From positions 1 through 56,614 of the IMG/VR virus record IMGVR_UViG_3300005537_000031: a stretch of DNA of 56,614 bases. One strand, 5' to 3'. Source of the DNA: a virus. Its lineage: Duplodnaviria > Caudoviricetes. Numbering within the stretch: the first letter of the stretch is position 1; every line of letters begins with the position of its first letter. Made by a program: the position numbers and the translations under genes. Below the pieces are notes generated by a model that saw only the letters and a program-made list of their open reading frames with translations, did no database searches and was not told the origin of the DNA. This document shows, piece after piece, positions 52,435 to 56,614 of the stretch.

Positions 52435-55161
52435 TTAATTCCCCATGCACATCACAACGTACTTATATACGTTGGCGGCTGTCGGCGTTCCGTTTACGGT
52501 TACGACCAGCTGGGTCGCAGAGGTTGTCCAAGTGTGCGGTGGAGTGTTGAACGGAGTGGTAATGTCATTCCGCGAAATGATGCACTGCGGAGCCGCTGTC
52601 CACGTACCATCCTTGAATGTCACGGTGATGGTGGGATTTGCTCCCGGCGTGGTTCCAGCTGTCACGGAGAAGCTGAACGCCTGATCGAATCCGGTTGCGG
52701 CTGAGACCGCTGGCCCGGTTCCCCATCCGGCAGAGAGGACAATCGCTGCGTCCGCTCCGGAGAATGCCGTGCCTTGATTGGCCTTGTAACGACGCTCGGA
52801 CACATCGCTAGTGGCAGAGTTGCCAACCGCGCTCAGAACGCTATTGCCGAATGTTCCGTTGTTATAGGAACACTTCAGCGTGTGTGCCGTGGAATCCCCA
52901 TAACAAACTTCCTTCCCCGCCGCGCCGGACGGAGCAGTGGTCTCCGTAACCAGCATGTCGGTTGTGATGGCACAGGTGTCGCAGTTCTGGACTTTTAGAT
53001 TCGGCACGGCGGTGGTGCTGGCGACGATGAACGGCGCGGTTCCGGTCGTGACTGTGCTTTGAATCTGACCGCCGAATTGTGATGTCTCCGTGCCTATGGT
53101 CTTGATAGCGAATTTAGTTCCCGCTGTTGGGCCTGCTTCAATTCTTATACCATCCCATTCAGTGATGGTTGATCCTGCTCCCACGGTTGGAGTGTTGACA
53201 TGAAGCCCAGTATTCAATGCTTGGGTGAATGCCGCTGCTGCTGTGTCCGCTCGGGCGTAGATACCGGAACCTTCGGATGTGCTTGTAGATGATGTTACGG
53301 GCGCGGATTGGATGCCGATTTGAAATGCTCCGGTAAGATTTGAGTTGTTCTCTAAGATACCCGTTCCAGCCACGGCCCCCGCTCCAACTCCAAGGTTGGT
53401 CACGCGATAATTCCCTACTGTACTCATCCCTGTCGCGTCATAGACAGCATAATTAGAGGCTGCTGCAAACGTGTTGACCGCCGTGTCTGTCAGGCCTGGA
53501 GCGTAGATCGTGGAACCTGTAAGTGTAAGGTTGTTTGCTCCGGTGCCGCTGCCTGAATTCTTACCCTCATATAAAATACTTCCGCGAATCGTTGCTGTGC
53601 CACTTAGAACATTGAATAACGGCTGAAGTGTCCCATTGATCTGCGGCATGTTGAAGTAAGAATCCGATACCGTGATTCCATTGCCCACAACTATCAGTCC
53701 GGCAGCAGTAGGAGCCACAGCAGTCATGCGTGCATCCATGGCCTCGACCGTGGTATTGAGAGTGAGCGGGAAATCGAAGCCTTCATCCTGCCCCTGAAGG
53801 GTGATGTTGGTGGGAACGTTCGAGCCTGAGTTGATGACCACAGCCGAGCTGTGATTCGTGCCGATAACTCCGTTTAATATCTCAGTGTCCTTTTCAGATT
53901 CAAAATCAATGATCCCACGCAAATCCATTGCCTGTTTTGTCCATGCCTGTAGCACCACGCCATGCCCAATTTTTACCTCCGACATTGAAGTGGGACATCC
54001 CGTGAGAAGCGTTTGATACGGGCTGGCAAGCGATAAATCATTAGTGGCTGAAATGAACAGTGGTAGATCACCAATATATCCGCCGCCTATAATCTGAAAT
54101 TGTTCAGCTCCTACGTTGTAAACCGGAACAGTTCCGACCGCCGTTGCCGCTGGCCGCGTGTCCATGTAAACCCAGACATTTTCTAACTTATTTTCTTCTG
54201 AAAAACAGAATGTTCCGACTCCAGTTGATGAACCATTGCTAACTGCGTTGTCTCTTCCAAAGAGAAACCCAATTTCGCTTGGAGTTGGGAGTCCAGAGGG
54301 AACGCGAATACTAAAGTTCTTCAGACGGGAACGGCCTGATCCTGTAGCATCCCAGACCGGCGTAGAACCTGTATTGCCTAGCAACTGCGTTCCGGTTAAG
54401 CCGAAGTCCTGCCCTGCGAGAGTAGTGGAAAATTCTTCATTTGAGTTCGACCCGTACACGTCAAGATTGGTCTTGTTTGTATCATTGATCGTCGTATTGA
54501 CGCGACATTTTCCTGAAGGTAATTGCACTCCGCCTTGTCCCGCTGCATAGGCATTTACTAGGCAAGCTGTGATTGCTGCTGAATCATCCGTTCCTGTGAG
54601 CGTCGTTCCGTTCCACGTCGCATTACAGACTACCCCGTCTGTCCGGCAGTCACGAATTACCTTGCTCACGTTCAGGCCACCATTGGCCGATACTACTCCC
54701 GCGAATGTTCCCACACCTGTGAGGCTGACGCTCGTCCCGGTTGCTGCCCCGATATTTGGCGTTACGAGAGTTGGAGTGTTTGCGAATACGAGAGCACCAG
54801 TCCCGGTTTCGTCGCTGATTACGCCTAAGAGCTGCGCCGATGTCGTGGACGCGAATGCTCCAAGGTTGTTGGAGTAGCTGGCCGCTGAGAACACTTCCGA
54901 CGTGCTGACCGTGGTTCCATTGTCTGTCACGCTGGAATTCCCCAGCACTCCCGACGCGCCGTTCGTGTACTTCGGCAGCGTGTTGGTGGTTCCTGTGCCA
55001 GTGTTGATTGTCCCGGCGGGGAGGTTGGCTGCGGTGACGTTGCCATTGGCATTGATGTTGCCGTCCGCCTGGAGATTGTTGACATGCGTAGTCTGGGCGG
55101 AGGCCACCGCCATGGTGAGTAGCATGAACGCGAGCGCGATACTGCATGGTCTTCTTGTCAT
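52435..55161 (-). CDS. Tailspike/receptor-binding protein with a beta-helix and an N-terminal signal peptide
   Basis: ATGA overlap at 55161; GTDDSAAITAC...VQLPSG beta-helix start; lower-GC centre. Confidence 0.75.
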   Translation of the reverse strand: MTRRPCSIALAFMLLTMAVASAQTTHVNNLQADGNINANGNVTAANLPAGTINTGTGTTNTLPKYTNGASGVLGNSSVTDNGTTVSTSEVFSAASYSNNLGAFASTTSAQLLGVISDETGTGALVFANTPTLVTPNIGAATGTSVSLTGVGTFAGVVSANGGLNVSKVIRDCRTDGVVCNATWNGTTLTGTDDSAAITACLVNAYAAGQGGVQLPSGKCRVNTTINDTNKTNLDVYGSNSNEEFSTTLAGQDFGLTGTQLLGNTGSTPVWDATGSGRSRLKNFSIRVPSGLPTPSEIGFLFGRDNAVSNGSSTGVGTFCFSEENKLENVWVYMDTRPAATAVGTVPVYNVGAEQFQIIGGGYIGDLPLFISATNDLSLASPYQTLLTGCPTSMSEVKIGHGVVLQAWTKQAMDLRGIIDFESEKDTEILNGVIGTNHSSAVVINSGSNVPTNITLQGQDEGFDFPLTLNTTVEAMDARMTAVAPTAAGLIVVGNGITVSDSYFNMPQINGTLQPLFNVLSGTATIRGSILYEGKNSGSGTGANNLTLTGSTIYAPGLTDTAVNTFAAASNYAVYDATGMSTVGNYRVTNLGVGAGAVAGTGILENNSNLTGAFQIGIQSAPVTSSTSTSEGSGIYARADTAAAAFTQALNTGLHVNTPTVGAGSTITEWDGIRIEAGPTAGTKFAIKTIGTETSQFGGQIQSTVTTGTAPFIVASTTAVPNLKVQNCDTCAITTDMLVTETTAPSGAAGKEVCYGDSTAHTLKCSYNNGTFGNSVLSAVGNSATSDVSERRYKANQGTAFSGADAAIVLSAGWGTGPAVSAATGFDQAFSFSVTAGTTPGANPTITVTFKDGTWTAAPQCIISRNDITTPFNTPPHTWTTSATQLVVTVNGTPTAANVYKYVVMCMGN

Positions 55162-55838
55162 AATGCCTGCTGCGAGCTGAAGGCGACGAGGTTGGTTCCA
55201 TCGAACACTCCGGCCTGCGAATTTATAGTATTGGCTGTGGTAATCAGGGACAGGAACCCCTTGATGTTCGAGGGATAGGCGAACGTGCGACCCCCCACGG
55301 CGTCCTCGATCAGCTTCAACACCACAATCGCACCAGCGGGGATGCCGCTCAACACCGGAGCGGTGACATTCCCCGTGAGTGTCATCTGGAAGGTAATCAT
55401 CGGGACCTTGCTGTTTACTCCAGGGCCTGCGAGAGCTGGAGTGGCAGAGAATGGGACGACGGTGAGCACAGGCCCGCCTCCGGAGGTCACGAGGGACGCC
55501 GCTGCCGCTTGCAGAGCCGCGCTGATGTCCTGCGAGTTCCCGGTGATGGTGATGAGCGTGTTGAACGACACTGGCGGGGTCGTACTGCTGACCACGTTGA
55601 ATCGCCATTGCGACGGCGTGGGGGTGATGGTGTCATTCCCCGCGAGAGGCATCGACATCACTCCGAAGGAATCGGTGAACCCAGGGACCACAACCTCGAA
55701 CTGTCCCTGTGGCACGCCGCCGCTGGTGTACGGCCCCGCGCCGGGAGTGGTGTTCTGACCCACGAACGAGGCGATTACCTGCGAGTTGACGTAAGGATTA
55801 CCCGCTGGATCCCGTACTGTGGCCGTCACCAGTGTCAT
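55158..55838 (-). CDS. Tail fibre adaptor/structural protein
   Basis: TGATG overlap start MTLVTATVRD; QMTLTGNVT...EDAVGGRTFAYP module. Confidence 0.6.
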   Translation of the reverse strand: MTLVTATVRDPAGNPYVNSQVIASFVGQNTTPGAGPYTSGGVPQGQFEVVVPGFTDSFGVMSMPLAGNDTITPTPSQWRFNVVSSTTPPVSFNTLITITGNSQDISAALQAAAASLVTSGGGPVLTVVPFSATPALAGPGVNSKVPMITFQMTLTGNVTAPVLSGIPAGAIVVLKLIEDAVGGRTFAYPSNIKGFLSLITTANTINSQAGVFDGTNLVAFSSQQAL

Positions 55839-56143
55839 CAGTAGACGCTCGCAGTGTAGGCCCCGCCCCCGGCGGCTGCCTGCTGGAATATGCCGTTCGA
55901 CGCAGGCATGTCGAAGGTGATGACGGTGTTTGCCGCTGTAGCCGCAGGGATGATGCCGATGATCGTTCCGCTGGCTGCGGAGGCGTTGTCGAAGAACACG
56001 ATGGCGTTGGCCCCAATCACCGTAGTGACCAGTACCTTGCACAGCCGCGATTGCGCGGCACGAATGGCGATCCCCGCGACGGCCTGCGCGTTGGTTACCG
56101 CCACGGTGAGGTCGCCGCCTCCGGAATATTGATGGACTGGCAT
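55838..56143 (-). CDS. Small virion beta protein
   Basis: FFDNASAASGTIIG...FDMPASNGI. Confidence 0.55.
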   Translation of the reverse strand: MPVHQYSGGGDLTVAVTNAQAVAGIAIRAAQSRLCKVLVTTVIGANAIVFFDNASAASGTIIGIIPAATAANTVITFDMPASNGIFQQAAAGGGAYTASVY

Positions 56144-56148
56144 GGGTT

Positions 56149-56614
56149 CTAGTCTCCTGTCTTGGCTGGAGTATCTCCTTCCAGCTCATCCCAATAAACT
56201 GTCTTTGTACTTCCATTCGGCATGCGGACTGTAACCTTACCCGCTGGGAACGCCACGACGGTAACATCCTCGCCGTTCAATCTCACCAGCTTGCCATAGG
56301 AACTTACGATGTCCTTCTGTGACATCTTGCGTAGGCGGGACACGTCGCGGGAGGACTCTGCCGTCGCTGGTGATTCATCTGCGGGAGGTTTCTTCGTGCT
56401 CCCGAATTTCAATTCCAGCGATCGCTGCACGGCTTGGGACTGCTCGGCGGGAGTCAGTTCGTTGAACTTCTTTCCGGGGAACAGCTCTTCGGTCGCACGG
56501 GCGAGGTGGCTAGTATCTCCCTTTGGCTTGGCCAGTTCCTTAAGCCTCGCAGCCTCGGGGTCACCGCCGGACTTCGCCGCGGCGTCCGCTTTCGCCTCGG
56601 CGGCGCGGATTCGC
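56149..56614 (-). CDS. C-terminal part of the large internal virion protein (continuation of 1..1635)
   Basis: The frame is open to the window end; same composition as 1..1635. Confidence 0.55.
   Translation of the reverse strand, partial: RIRAAEAKADAAAKSGGDPEAARLKELAKPKGDTSHLARATEELFPGKKFNELTPAEQSQAVQRSLELKFGSTKKPPADESPATAESSRDVSRLRKMSQKDIVSSYGKLVRLNGEDVTVVAFPAGKVTVRMPNGSTKTVYWDELEGDTPAKTGD

Noticed and set aside
52186-55161. Diversity-generating retroelement targeting the tailspike
   Set aside because: No reverse transcriptase and no template/variable repeat pair noticed
55162-56267. Long N-terminal extensions of the 1057-aa and 369-aa ORFs in the track
   Set aside because: They overlap better-supported upstream genes; coupled starts at 55161 and 55838 fit better

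Overview
The window looks like a near-complete, circularly permuted genome of a tailed, podovirus-like dsDNA phage of about 56.6 kb. One minus-strand gene runs off position 1 and appears to resume at 56614. The minus strand carries the morphogenesis arm: TerL, portal, scaffold, major capsid, adaptor and nozzle, GNAT and ejection proteins, a beta-helix tailspike and membrane proteins (1-22.8 kb and 50-56.6 kb). The plus strand carries early, replication and accessory genes plus lysis genes: UvrD and Pif1/RecD-like helicases, a TopoVI-A/Spo11-like Toprim protein, a PD-(D/E)XK nuclease, a Sak4-like ATPase, an SSB-like protein, methyltransferases, a PAPS-reductase-like protein, a protein phosphatase, a UDG-exonuclease-PolA fusion, a GH73 lysin and a holin-like protein. 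I recognised no integrase, primase, DnaB helicase or CRISPR array. The most unusual points are: (1) a family A polymerase that keeps its catalytic aspartates but has replaced the steric-gate and minor-groove network; (2) an apparently catalytically dead HUH/IS91-like Rep with its own promoter and a self-sequestering leader; (3) a tailspike with a Sec-type signal peptide; (4) tiny basic peptides inside the head module; (5) a tRNA-like, highly structured intergenic RNA candidate; (6) repeated insertions that duplicate and recode the ends of essential genes. All assignments come from reading motifs and synteny by eye; no database search was run.
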